This document shows, piece by piece, positions 51,696 to 60,683 of a DNA stretch of 64,000 bases. A program made the position numbers and the translations under genes. Source of the DNA: an uncultured Bacillota bacterium (GTDB lineage Bacteria; Sysuimicrobiota; Sysuimicrobiia; Sysuimicrobiales; Segetimicrobiaceae); assembly GCA_963804645.1 (NCBI GenBank), contig CAWDRG010000010.1, positions 142,815 through 206,814 on the forward strand, read 5' to 3'. Within the stretch, counting starts at the first letter, position 1. Every line of letters starts with the position of its first letter. The notes under the pieces were generated by a model. It worked only from the letters and a program-made list of their open reading frames with translations. It did not search any database and was not told the origin of the DNA.

Positions 51696-52026
51696 CCGGC
51701 AGCGCCGGGATGCCCAGGTCCGGAGTCGCGACTCGGACTCTTCGGTCCTCTCTCCGTCATCAGGTCCCACCGTTCCCGTTCGCTCACTCGTGCAGCTGCG
51801 AATCTACCGCCAGACTGTTCGACAGCTTGTATGCCGCCCCGAGACCAGCAGGCGTCTGGCTTCCCCCTGTCCATTTGCGAAACCGCTGTACCGAAACCGC
51901 GCTATAGTGCTTGTGCGCATCCAACGCGATATACTCCATTTGCTGCGCCTCCTCTTGTACCCGAGATCGCCTCTTGCGGTACGAGGGTACCACCGTACCC
52001 TCGGAGGCGCAGCGTTCTCATACCAT

Positions 52027-53109
52027 CAGGGCTGCGTCGCCACGGTCGACCCGAACGGCACGATCACGCTGCGGCTGCGCCTGCCGAATGCGTGCGCCAG
52101 CAGCGGCAAGCACGTGGTGCTCGCCGGGCTGCGCTTCCGGTACGGGCACCAGGCGGTCGTCGCCGCGCTCGGCCGCCACCTCTCCCCCGACAAGACCAAC
52201 TGGGAAGCCCTCTCCTGGCGGTTTGTGCGCGACCGCAAGGGATGGCGCGTGCTCGCCACGGTGTCGGTGCCCGGCGGCACGAGACGGAGCGTGGAGCACC
52301 TCGGCGTGGTCGGCGTGGATCTCAACGCGGATCACCTCGCGGTGACGGACGTGGACCGGTTCGGCAATCCGAGCGCCGCATTCCGCGTGCCGTGCCCGAC
52401 GCGCGGCAAGCGCCATCACCAGGCGCTCGCGATCCTCGGCGACGCGGTGGGCCAAGTGGTCACGTATGCCTGTCTCCAACAGAAGCCCATCGTCGCGGAA
52501 CGGCTGCAGTTCGACGCGAAAAAGGCGGAACTGGAGCGGCGAGGCGCCCGCTACGCCCGCATGCTATCGGGCTTCGCCTACGCCACGTTCCACGCGATCC
52601 TCGGGGCGCGCTGCTATGACGCGGGCATCGCCCTCCGGCACGTCAACCCCGCGTTCACGTCCGTGATCGGCGCGCACACCGTCGCCGACCGCTACGGCCT
52701 CTCCCGGCACCACGCCGCCGCCTGCGTCATTGGGCGGCGGGGCATGCACCTCGCCGAGCGGCCTCCCCGCCGACTGGGCGACCACGTCACCGTCCCCCTG
52801 CCCGTGTGGAATCGGGGGACGCATGTATGGTCGTTCTGGCGGCAGGTCGCGCGGCGGGAAGCGGCGCTTCGAGCGCACGGACGGCCGGGCCCCCCCGGGA
52901 CCCGATCCTCGCTGGCACCAGCTCCGGGATCGCGACGGAGCGCGGCTCAGCCTGGGATCCACCGCACCAGCGGGTCGTCTGCTCCATCTGCCGGTGGAAC
53001 TCCGGCACGCGAATCGCCAGCAGCACTGTTCGGCTGGCGTCTGGGGACACGTCCCATATGTCCCCCAGAAGTAGGAACGGTGGCTTATGTATGTTGCGAG
53101 TGGGGGTAA
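52027..53109 (+). pseudogene. tnpB: TnpB-related protein, 3' part with RuvC-like motifs
   Basis: GVDLN, IVAERL.F, VNPAFTS, SRHHAAACVIGRRG. Confidence 0.8.
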
Positions 53110-53353
53110 CCCCGAGCCCCACATCAGGCCGTTTTTCCGCGTTAATATACCGTATAGTAGACGGAGGGTCGGGGCGACGCCAGAGACGACGGGTGACGAA
53201 GACCGGTGAGCGCGAGCCCGGTCCATCATCGGCGCTCCGCGGTGTCGTGGCCCTCCTTTCGTGATCAAGGTGGTTCGACGAAAAACGTCCTGGCGTTCGC
53301 CGCCGTAGTTTGGGTGAGTCGAAGTGGGTACGTCTGCTCTGGGGAGGATCGAT

Positions 53354-53548
53354 ATGGCGAAGGTGTATCTACTCAGTTGCCGTGAAGCCGGCGTTGATTG
53401 CAACTTTGAGGTCCGGGGTTCAAGCTTGGAAGAGGTCTTGCAACTCTGTGCTGATCACGGTATCAAGGAACACAACATGATGGCGTTTGGCCCTGAGTTG
53501 TATACGAAGTTGCGACGTTGTGTGAAGACCCTGGAGGAAGGGACATAA
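53354..53548 (+). CDS. DUF1059 small metal-binding protein
   Basis: CREAGVDC.FEVRG...EEVL....DH...EH; GGAGG RBS. Confidence 0.85.
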   Translation: MAKVYLLSCREAGVDCNFEVRGSSLEEVLQLCADHGIKEHNMMAFGPELYTKLRRCVKTLEEGT

Positions 53549-53829
53549 CGGCCGAGAAACTGAGGCGGTCGGTGCGGACCAACCGACCGACGCACGTCCG
53601 TTCCGGGCTGGCTTGCCCGCACTCACTCCAGCCTCATCCTCTCCGCAGCGCAGTACCAGGCTCTCGTGGCCGAGGAGCCGCCGCGCCTCGTCGACACCCG
53701 CGCGCCGCCACGCGGCAACCCGCTTCGTGAGGAAGAACGCCTCGACGGCCTCATTCAGGGGATGACCATAGGCTTTTTCTGCGGCTTGCGCGTCGGACGG
53801 AACGGCTGAAACCCGCGTCGCGATTGGGT

Positions 53830-53877
53830 TGGCGGGCCCGGGGTGATTCCCACACCCGACCAGAGGCTTAGGAGTCC
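53830..53877 (-). repeat. degenerate tRNA-Arg(CCT) 3' fragment (att-like direct repeat)
   Basis: Near-identical to 59542-59589, with mismatches mainly in the T-loop. Confidence 0.8.
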
Positions 53878-54125
53878 GCTACGCCGTCACGACTCGAGGC
53901 GACCAGCGATGAATCCGCTGGCGTATGACCTGGCGGCGGCCGTGAAAGCCTTCCGGTATTGGGACGCGGCGACGGAGGAGGTCCTGGGCGCACCCACGTC
54001 CTCGTCGAAACTCGAGGCACTCGCACGTGGGCTCCGCGACGCCCCGGCAACGGACGACCCAACCACCCGTCGTACGGGATCCGTTCCAGCCTTTCCGGCG
54101 TTGTGCTCGAAATACTCTCTCCGCC

Positions 54126-55379
54126 TTACCCCGTCGTGTTCCAGTGTTCTGTGCCGCAGACCGCCTCGCCAGTGGCAGCTCCTTGATGGGGAATCGCTCC
54201 CGTCTCTATCAACCGGTACAGTCGATCGAGCCGATGCATCACGACCGACCACGCGTACTGCTGCGTGACCGTCCGCCGAGCGTTGACGCCGAGACGCTCC
54301 CGCCGGTCAGCGTCGCGGAGCAGCGCGACAGTGGTGTTAGCGAAGGGCGCGACCCCGTCGGCGATCTCAACATCATGTCCGGGATGCACGTCCAATCCCT
54401 CGGCCCCGATCGATGTGGACACGACAGGTTTGCCCATTGCCATTGCCTCGAGGATCTTGAGGCGGGTGCCCGAGCCAACACGTAGCGGAACGATGACAAC
54501 CGTCGCGTGTGCGAGGTGGGGCCGCACATCAGGGACTCGGCCTGTCACGTCGACGCCCGAAAGGCGTTCGAGGGCTTTGACCTCCGGGCTGGGACCGCGG
54601 CCGACGATCGACAGGTGCACATCGGGGATCGCCGCCCGGATGCGGGGAAGAACGTCGCGGCAGAACGATACCATCGCATCGACGTTCGGGTGATACGTGA
54701 AGCTCCCCGTAAACACCAGGCTGTGCGGCCGGCAAACGACCGGCTCGGGAGAGAATTCCTCGGGGTCCACGCCGTTTGGAATGACGGAGATGTGCACGCC
54801 GGGCACCAGACGCCGCAGCGCCTCGGCATCCGGGTCTGACACCGCAAGGCACTCGTGAAACTGGGGGATGATCCGGCGCTGGTAGGCAGACAGTTTGAGC
54901 ACGTCGCTCCAGAGCAGCGCCCGCCGCCATCCTGGCGGCATATGCCTGACGAGCCGTTGAAACAGGATCGACTCGACGTTATGCAGGTCGAGGATTCTCG
55001 TGACCCCCCGCGCGGGCAACGCCACATGCGCCGTACGCAGGTTCTCCACCTGCACGACGTCGAATTGCTGGCGTTCGATGAGCGCGGAGAACTGGGCCTC
55101 GAACGCGGTCGAGCTCATGATCGCGCGATAGTACGGCGTCGAAGAGAAGAGGTTCGCAATGTGCACGTGCAGTGGGCGCCGGGTCTCGGGAATCGGCACC
55201 GTAACGACGGCCCGACAGTAGGGCGCGATCGTCGAAACCTCGTCACGCTCGCGCTCGTCGGTACCGGTCAGGAGCGTCACGTCGTGGCGCTGGGCGAGGT
55301 GACGCAGCAGATGGAAGGTGCGGAGCCCGCCGCCTGACGATAGGGTTGGCGGCTTGGTCGTGACCAGCAGTACGCGCAT
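54126..55379 (-). CDS. glycosyltransferase family 4
   Basis: DLHNVES, VIPNGVD, GSGTRLKILEAMAMGKPVVST. Confidence 0.92.
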   Translation of the reverse strand: MRVLLVTTKPPTLSSGGGLRTFHLLRHLAQRHDVTLLTGTDERERDEVSTIAPYCRAVVTVPIPETRRPLHVHIANLFSSTPYYRAIMSSTAFEAQFSALIERQQFDVVQVENLRTAHVALPARGVTRILDLHNVESILFQRLVRHMPPGWRRALLWSDVLKLSAYQRRIIPQFHECLAVSDPDAEALRRLVPGVHISVIPNGVDPEEFSPEPVVCRPHSLVFTGSFTYHPNVDAMVSFCRDVLPRIRAAIPDVHLSIVGRGPSPEVKALERLSGVDVTGRVPDVRPHLAHATVVIVPLRVGSGTRLKILEAMAMGKPVVSTSIGAEGLDVHPGHDVEIADGVAPFANTTVALLRDADRRERLGVNARRTVTQQYAWSVVMHRLDRLYRLIETGAIPHQGAATGEAVCGTEHWNTTG

Positions 55380-55691
55380 CAGAGCGCCTCGGCTCACCTC
55401 CCCCCAAAGTCGTCGTGCCCACATCGAGCGGGGTCTAGACAGTACCCTTCCTTCTATGAGGGCGCTGCTGTCAAGCCCCTGAATTGCTCACACATCTCGC
55501 GCTAACTGCAAAACACTGGCGGCCTGTCTCGCGGGTTCGGGCTAGATGCCTCGAACCACCTTCTATCCGTGCTGGCCACACTGAGCCAGACACCTCATTC
55601 CATGTTCGCTTTGCGGCGACGTAGTGGGTCACCGGGTAATGCCCGGCAAAGGGTCGCGGTCACACGCGCGCCCGGATGAGAACCACCCTAA

Positions 55692-56973
55692 GGCGTCGTC
55701 AATAAACAAACTTTACAGAAGAACATTGGTTACGTATACTGCTGAGTGTGACCGTCCTGCAGGCACTCAGACAGAAGGTCGCCGCTCTGTGGCCGCATCT
55801 GGATGAACGCGCCCGCCGCTTGTTCGCGGCGAGCGAAGCGCGGCACCTCGGTCGTGGGGGCGTGACGCTGGTTAGTCGTGCCTGTGGCCTGTCCCGCGTT
55901 ACGATCACGAAAGGCTTGCATGAACTCGACGCGCCGGCCTTGCCGCCCGGTCGGGTGCGCCGCCCGGGCGGTGGGCGACCGAGCTTGGTGGCGCGCAATC
56001 CCGATCTGCCGCGGCGGTTGGAGGCGCTGGTCGAACCGCTCGCCCGAGGCGACCCGGAATCGCCGCTGCGGTGGACCAGCAAGAGTACGCGCATGTTGGC
56101 CGCCGAGCTCGCTGCGCAGCACCATCCGATCAGCCATGAGAAGGTCGCGCAGCTGCTGCGACAATTGAATTACAGCCTGCAGGCGAATCGGAAAATGGAG
56201 GAGGGGGCCGATCATCCGGATCGCGACGCGCAGTTTCAGTATATCAACGAGCAGGTCCGCCGCGCGCTCGCGGCGCACCGGCCGGTCATCTCGGTCGACA
56301 CGAAGAAGAAAGAGCTGCTGGGCAATTATCAGAATGGCGGGCGGCAGTGGCGGCCCGTGAAGGTGCCGGCCCGTGTGAAGGTGCATGATTTCCCGGGACC
56401 GAGCGTTCCGCGTGCCTATCCGTATGGGATTTACGACCTGGCGCGCAACACCGGGTTCGTCAATGTGGGCATCGATCACGATACCGCGCGTTTGCCGTGG
56501 CGTCGATCCGCGGGTGGTGGCGCGCTGAGGGCCGCCGGCTCTACCCGCAGGCCCAGCGCCTGCTGATCACGGCCGATGGCGGCGGCAGTAACGGCTACCG
56601 GCTGCGCCAGTGGAAACTCGAGTTGCAGCGCTTCGCCGACGCGGCGGGACTGACCATCATGGTGTGTCACTTTCCGCCCGGCACGAGCAAATGGAACAAG
56701 GTCGAGCACCGGCTGTTCTCATTCATCTCCACCAATTGGCGCGGCGAACCGCTGCGGGATTACGAGACCATCGTGCGGTTGATTGTGAACACGACCACGG
56801 CGAAAGGGCTCACGGTCCGGTGCCGATTGGACCGGCGCCGCTATCCGGCCGGTCGGAAGATCTCCGCCAAGGAGATGGCGGGCGTCAACCTCACACCGCA
56901 GTCATTTCATGGCGAGTGGAACTATCTCATACGGCCACATGCAAATCTGTAAAGTTTGTTTATTGACGAAGCC
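55692..56973 (+). mobile_element. ISAzo13-family element; transposase 55748-56952 frameshifted near 56487
   Basis: 28-bp IRs GGCGTCGTCAATAAACAAACTTTACAGA / TCTGTAAAGTTTGTTTATTGACGAAGCC, TAA TSD; GDPESPLRWTSKS, SVDTKKKE, ADGGGSNG, PPGTSKWNKVEHRLF. Confidence 0.92.
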
Positions 56974-57041
56974 TAAGTTCCCACGATGGCGGCGCTTCCA
57001 ACCGCTGCCGCCGTGGGGGCACCGCAGGCCCCGACCGTCGA

Positions 57042-57263
57042 TCAGATGTGCGTGAGGATCGGCCGGTGCGTGGTCATCATACACAGATTGTGGCCGGCGA
57101 CCGTGATGCAGTCAACGCACGTCACAGGGGCTTCCGGGGAAGATTGATAGCAGAACTCCGGCACCACCCTCCCGCGGCCGCCGCCCGCAGCGCGGCGCGC
57201 ATCGCCGCGGCGCCCAACGGCGGGGGACAGTGCGCGCTCGGCGGTGAACCCTGGCGTTCTCAT
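57042..57263 (-). CDS. putative RiPP precursor peptide (PGFTAE leader, Cys-rich core)
   Basis: AAAAGGAGG RBS; MRTPGFTAERAL...GRVVP|EFCYQSS...CVDC...LCMMTT; last gene of protease operon. Confidence 0.65.
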   Translation of the reverse strand: MRTPGFTAERALSPAVGRRGDARRAAGGGRGRVVPEFCYQSSPEAPVTCVDCITVAGHNLCMMTTHRPILTHI

Positions 57264-57288
57264 CGTGGGCCTCCTTTTGGATGAACCC

Positions 57289-58222
57289 CTAGCGATCGAT
57301 ATAGGGCGATAGCTTCGTAACCAGAAACGGAAATTCCTCGGTCACGTCCACGCGACAAAAGAACTTCTCGACGACATCGGTGCTGCGGTTCCGGTACGAG
57401 AACACCACGTCTACCACGTTGCGCGTCCCGCTCAGGGGTGAGGGGACGACGTCCACGCCGATCAGCGACGCGTTGCGTTCGAACGCTTCAGCGGCGTTGG
57501 CATAGATGGCCGGATAGCGGACCGCGAGATAATTGAGCGCACGGTGCTCGTCGGTCGCCCCGGCGTTATCGGCCATCAGCATGAGGCGATCGAACAACTC
57601 CTCTGCCGCCGGAGCGAACGCCTTGGCGGATGTCTTCTCGCGCCTGGGAATGGCCTTCATCAGCACATCACGATCGAAGGAATAGAGTTGATCGAAGGCC
57701 ACAATCGGGACCATGCAGCCCGTTGCACACTTCCGGCCCGGCCATGGGACCCCGAACGCCGATCAGGCAATCGAGATCCATGGGACTCGGCGTGGGGCGC
57801 AGCGCTTCCACCAGCAGACCGTAGTCCGCGAGCTCGCGCGGGACCACGATGTAGGTGTCGAGACCTTCAATCGTCATCACCCAGCACAGCTGGCGGACCA
57901 AATACCGATTCTCCGCCCGCGACAGCACCGCGTGAAGGGCTTGCCGATCCGTCAGCCCGCCTGTGTCCGTCCTGCCCGTGGCCTGGGCAAATTCTTTCTC
58001 CGTCGAAATTCTTGGAAAACGAGGCGCAATCCGGCCGAGCGCGTATACGTAGTGGGGTGCCGCGACATCCGCGCCGTTGGACCCTTGCACCGTGCCGCAC
58101 GTCGGACACGCCTGCGGGGCGAGCGGGCGTACCGATGACCCAGCAGACGTCGCTGGCACCGGGGCATCACTCCCGCCGATTGATACAGTCGCCTCTGACT
58201 CCTTCACTTCCGGGTGGTCCAT
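57289..58222 (-). CDS. cyanobactin PatA/PatG C-terminal DUF-like stand-alone protein (apparent +1 frameshift at ~57715)
   Basis: VYALGRI.PRFP..S.EKEFAQ, ENRYLVRQLCWV.TIEG, CNGL|MVPIV.FDQ.YSFD, ADNAGATDEHRALNYLAVRYP, EKFF.RVDVTEEFPFLVT. Confidence 0.85.
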
Positions 58223-58317
58223 CGCGATTTGCCTCCCCCATCGAAGTTAGCGAGGCGCTCTGCGAGCGCCGGGCAGTAGTCCCTGACCGCACAGGCTCCG
58301 CTGGCGTGGTCAATGCA

Positions 58318-58521
58318 CTATCGTGAGAAGCGCATCCACCGATTGAGCGTCGCGGCGCGCTTCTCGCAGCCGCCGCACGGCTTGATGCCCATCGCATACG
58401 TGACTCGTTTGATCGCGTCGCCCAGACCGATTTCCTCCTCGATGAGGAACCCCGGCAGCCGCACCCGATGTGGCTGTGGCGGCGGAGCGTCCCTCGGGGG
58501 CTTGGTGCCTTTCTTCCTCAT
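58318..58521 (-). CDS. small CxxC protein (67 aa) coupled to the protease
   Basis: ATGA overlap with protease stop; VRLPGF...EIGLGDAIKR.T...GIKPCGGC..R. Confidence 0.75.
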   Translation of the reverse strand: MRKKGTKPPRDAPPPQPHRVRLPGFLIEEEIGLGDAIKRVTYAMGIKPCGGCEKRAATLNRWMRFSR

Positions 58522-59429
58522 GACACTCTCCTTTCGTGCCGTGTCGCGGCCATCATGTGATACGCGCCCCATGCATCGAGCACCGGCGGCGCGATCGCTC
58601 GCCGCCTCGGCATCCGCGCCGCGGTCACGGCCAGTTTGATCTGTGCCGCACTCGCGGCGGGAAACTCGGACCAGAGCAAGGCGACGGCACCCGTCACGAA
58701 CGGCGCCGCCGCGCTTGTCCCGCTCACCGTCTGCTGCGTGCCGTTGGTCCCGAGGCTGGTAATGCGGTCCCCCGGCGCGCTCAGCCCCCTGCTGCCGATC
58801 GAGGCGCCCAGGTTCGATTCGCGGAGGATCCCGCCGTGCGCGTCGCAGGCGGCCACCGGGATGACCCACGCATGGCGGGTGATGGCGGAACTACCCACCA
58901 TGCCCTGATTCCCCGCCGCCGCCACGATCAGGGTGCCGTGATGGGCGGCGTAATCCAACGCCTGTTCCACCGTACACTCGTCCCTGGGCGATGGTTGCAG
59001 AAATCCGGCACTGAGGTTGATGACGCGCGCCCCCGCGTCGACGCTGTCGACAATGGCGCGCGCCAGCGTTTCGGGAGTCGCACCCGGCATTTGACCGTTC
59101 CCATTCAGGACTTCCGCAAAGATCGGGCGCAGCAACAGCGTGCACCCAGGACAGATCGCCGGCGCCACGGACTCTCGCCGGGCAGACAGGACGCCCGCCA
59201 CGAATGTCCCATGCCTACACGCGGCGCTGCCGGCCATGCGGCAGGCGCCCAGGGGTTCTCCCGGAAGCTCACGGATCGATGCGCCGGTCAGATCTGGGTG
59301 CGTGAGATCTACCGGCCCGTCGACGAGGGCCACCGTAATCTCGCGCCGACCCTCGCTGCGGCGCATCAAGGCGGGGAGTCGGACCACGTCCAACGCGGTC
59401 ATCTCGCCGGCACCAGGTCCTTTCGACAT
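58518..59429 (-). CDS. S8 subtilisin-like protease, cyanobactin PatA/PatG-like
   Basis: Triad VDGPVD / HGTFVAG / SGTSAAAP; AICPGC, AAAGNQG; no signal peptide; start at 59429 or 59402. Confidence 0.88.
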   Translation of the reverse strand: MSKGPGAGEMTALDVVRLPALMRRSEGRREITVALVDGPVDLTHPDLTGASIRELPGEPLGACRMAGSAACRHGTFVAGVLSARRESVAPAICPGCTLLLRPIFAEVLNGNGQMPGATPETLARAIVDSVDAGARVINLSAGFLQPSPRDECTVEQALDYAAHHGTLIVAAAGNQGMVGSSAITRHAWVIPVAACDAHGGILRESNLGASIGSRGLSAPGDRITSLGTNGTQQTVSGTSAAAPFVTGAVALLWSEFPAASAAQIKLAVTAARMPRRRAIAPPVLDAWGAYHMMAATRHERRVS

Positions 59430-59541
59430 CGATGCGTATCCACCGGATTTTGCGCCTGCGCCATTTCGACTCATCTTCGGCGCAGACCTCCACAATCGTG
59501 GGGGAGGAATCACGGGCCTCATTTGGAGGGCGTGATTTACA

Positions 59542-59589
59542 TGGCGGGCCCGGGGTGAATCGAACACCCGACCAGAGGTTTAGGAGACC
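59542..59589 (-). tRNA. partial tRNA-Arg(CCT): anticodon loop to CCA only (att-site remnant)
   Basis: Minus strand GGT-CTCCTAA-ACC-TCTGGTC-GGGTG-TTCGATT-CACCC-CGGGCCC-GCCA; no D-arm or 5' acceptor strand. Confidence 0.85.
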
Positions 59590-59855
59590 GATAGGCGCAG
59601 ACACACAAGTGCCCCAGTACAAATTATTGCTTTTTGACTCGAGAGCTCCCTTCGTAAACGACATCCGATCTTACACCCTCTTCACCCCCATATCTCCACC
59701 GTCGGCCGACAGGTAGGTACCCCTTCGCGGTCTGGCGCGCATCCTTAGCGAGGAGCCCGGTGATGCTGACAGCATTCTTGAGCTTGCGCGCACCAATCGG
59801 CCAGAGAAGATGGCCGGTTGGTGCGCGAATTCAATACTATGCCATCGGAATCAGT

Positions 59856-60350
59856 TCAACTAATGACAAAACCCAGGCCCACCGCCGTCTCCAGTGTGGC
59901 GCTCGCCGCGTGTAACGAAACGGACCAGGTCTGGTCCCCGACAATCCCGTCCACGGTAATTCCGCCCCAGGCCTGAAACGCTTCGACGCACGCCTTCGTA
60001 TGTGGCCCAAAGTTACCGTCGATCCCCTGCGGAGTCGTGATCCACTGCCCAGCGGCACCATTCGTGAGCAGTGTCTGCAGGCGGGTCACCACCGCTCCGG
60101 TTGATCCCACTTGAAGTGTCGGCATCGGGCCGCCATCCGGCAAGGCGGCCCAGGTCAGCGGCCCGACAATTCCATCAATCACCAGGCCCGCGCCTTGCTG
60201 GAATAGCTTCACCGCCGCCTCCACCTGCGCGCCGAATACCCCGTCAACCGTCAGCCCGAGGTCCGGCGTTCGGCGCAGCGCGCGCTCCAACCGCCTGACT
60301 GCGTCGCCCGTCGCACCCAAACTGATTGTGGGCTGTCCTGGATTAGCCAT
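59856..60350 (-). CDS. peptidoglycan-binding domain protein (two PG_binding_1-like repeats)
   Basis: G.TG.AV..L...L, DG.FG....A.V..FQ...G..DGIVG..TW twice; GAGGAG RBS. Confidence 0.88.
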   Translation of the reverse strand: MANPGQPTISLGATGDAVRRLERALRRTPDLGLTVDGVFGAQVEAAVKLFQQGAGLVIDGIVGPLTWAALPDGGPMPTLQVGSTGAVVTRLQTLLTNGAAGQWITTPQGIDGNFGPHTKACVEAFQAWGGITVDGIVGDQTWSVSLHAASATLETAVGLGFVIS

Positions 60351-60683
60351 GATCTCCTCGATGAGAGTTTTGTTTTGGCTTTTCGACTCAGCCTCAGTGT
60401 ACACTTGAGCGCCTTGCGTTGGGAGATTCCACCCCGGTTCGCCCAGTCCGTTCCGGACGGGTCCCAGAACAGCCGTGGGTCATCGGCTTCTAGGAGGGGG
60501 CGCAGAACGGCTCCTCATGGCGGGCCGGGCGGAAACAGGCCCAAAACCTGGACAGGAACTTTCGTGAAAGGGGATTCGAAGAATCAAGACGTAAATCCTA
60601 TTTGTCGCGTGCATCTTACGAAAAATCTATCCGGAAATTTCCTCGATGAGACCGTACTTCCTGCAGCGGCGACGGGGGCTGAC

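Larger units (their letters stand above)
49905..51888 (+). mobile_element. two-ORF IS with CAG ends and 10-bp TSD (ISAs1-like/ISNCY)
   Basis: IRs CAGCCATTTCGCA / TGCGAAACCGCTG; TSD TACCGAAACC at 49895-49904 and 51889-51898. Confidence 0.88.
48893..51939 (-). pseudogene. IS110 transposase split by insertion (51939-51889 joined to 49894-48893)
   Basis: [23 protein letters not shown]...VETVG...KTDKLDA...YAGTTP....SG. Confidence 0.9.
48479..52026 (-). mobile_element. IS110 family (IS1111-type) element, itself interrupted
   Basis: Perfect 15-bp subterminal IR TGAGAACGCTGCGCC (48483-48497 / 52006-52020); CA core at both junctions. Confidence 0.9.

Noticed and set aside
59542..59589. Functional tRNA gene
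   Set aside because: 5' half (acceptor strand, D-arm) absent; treated as att remnant
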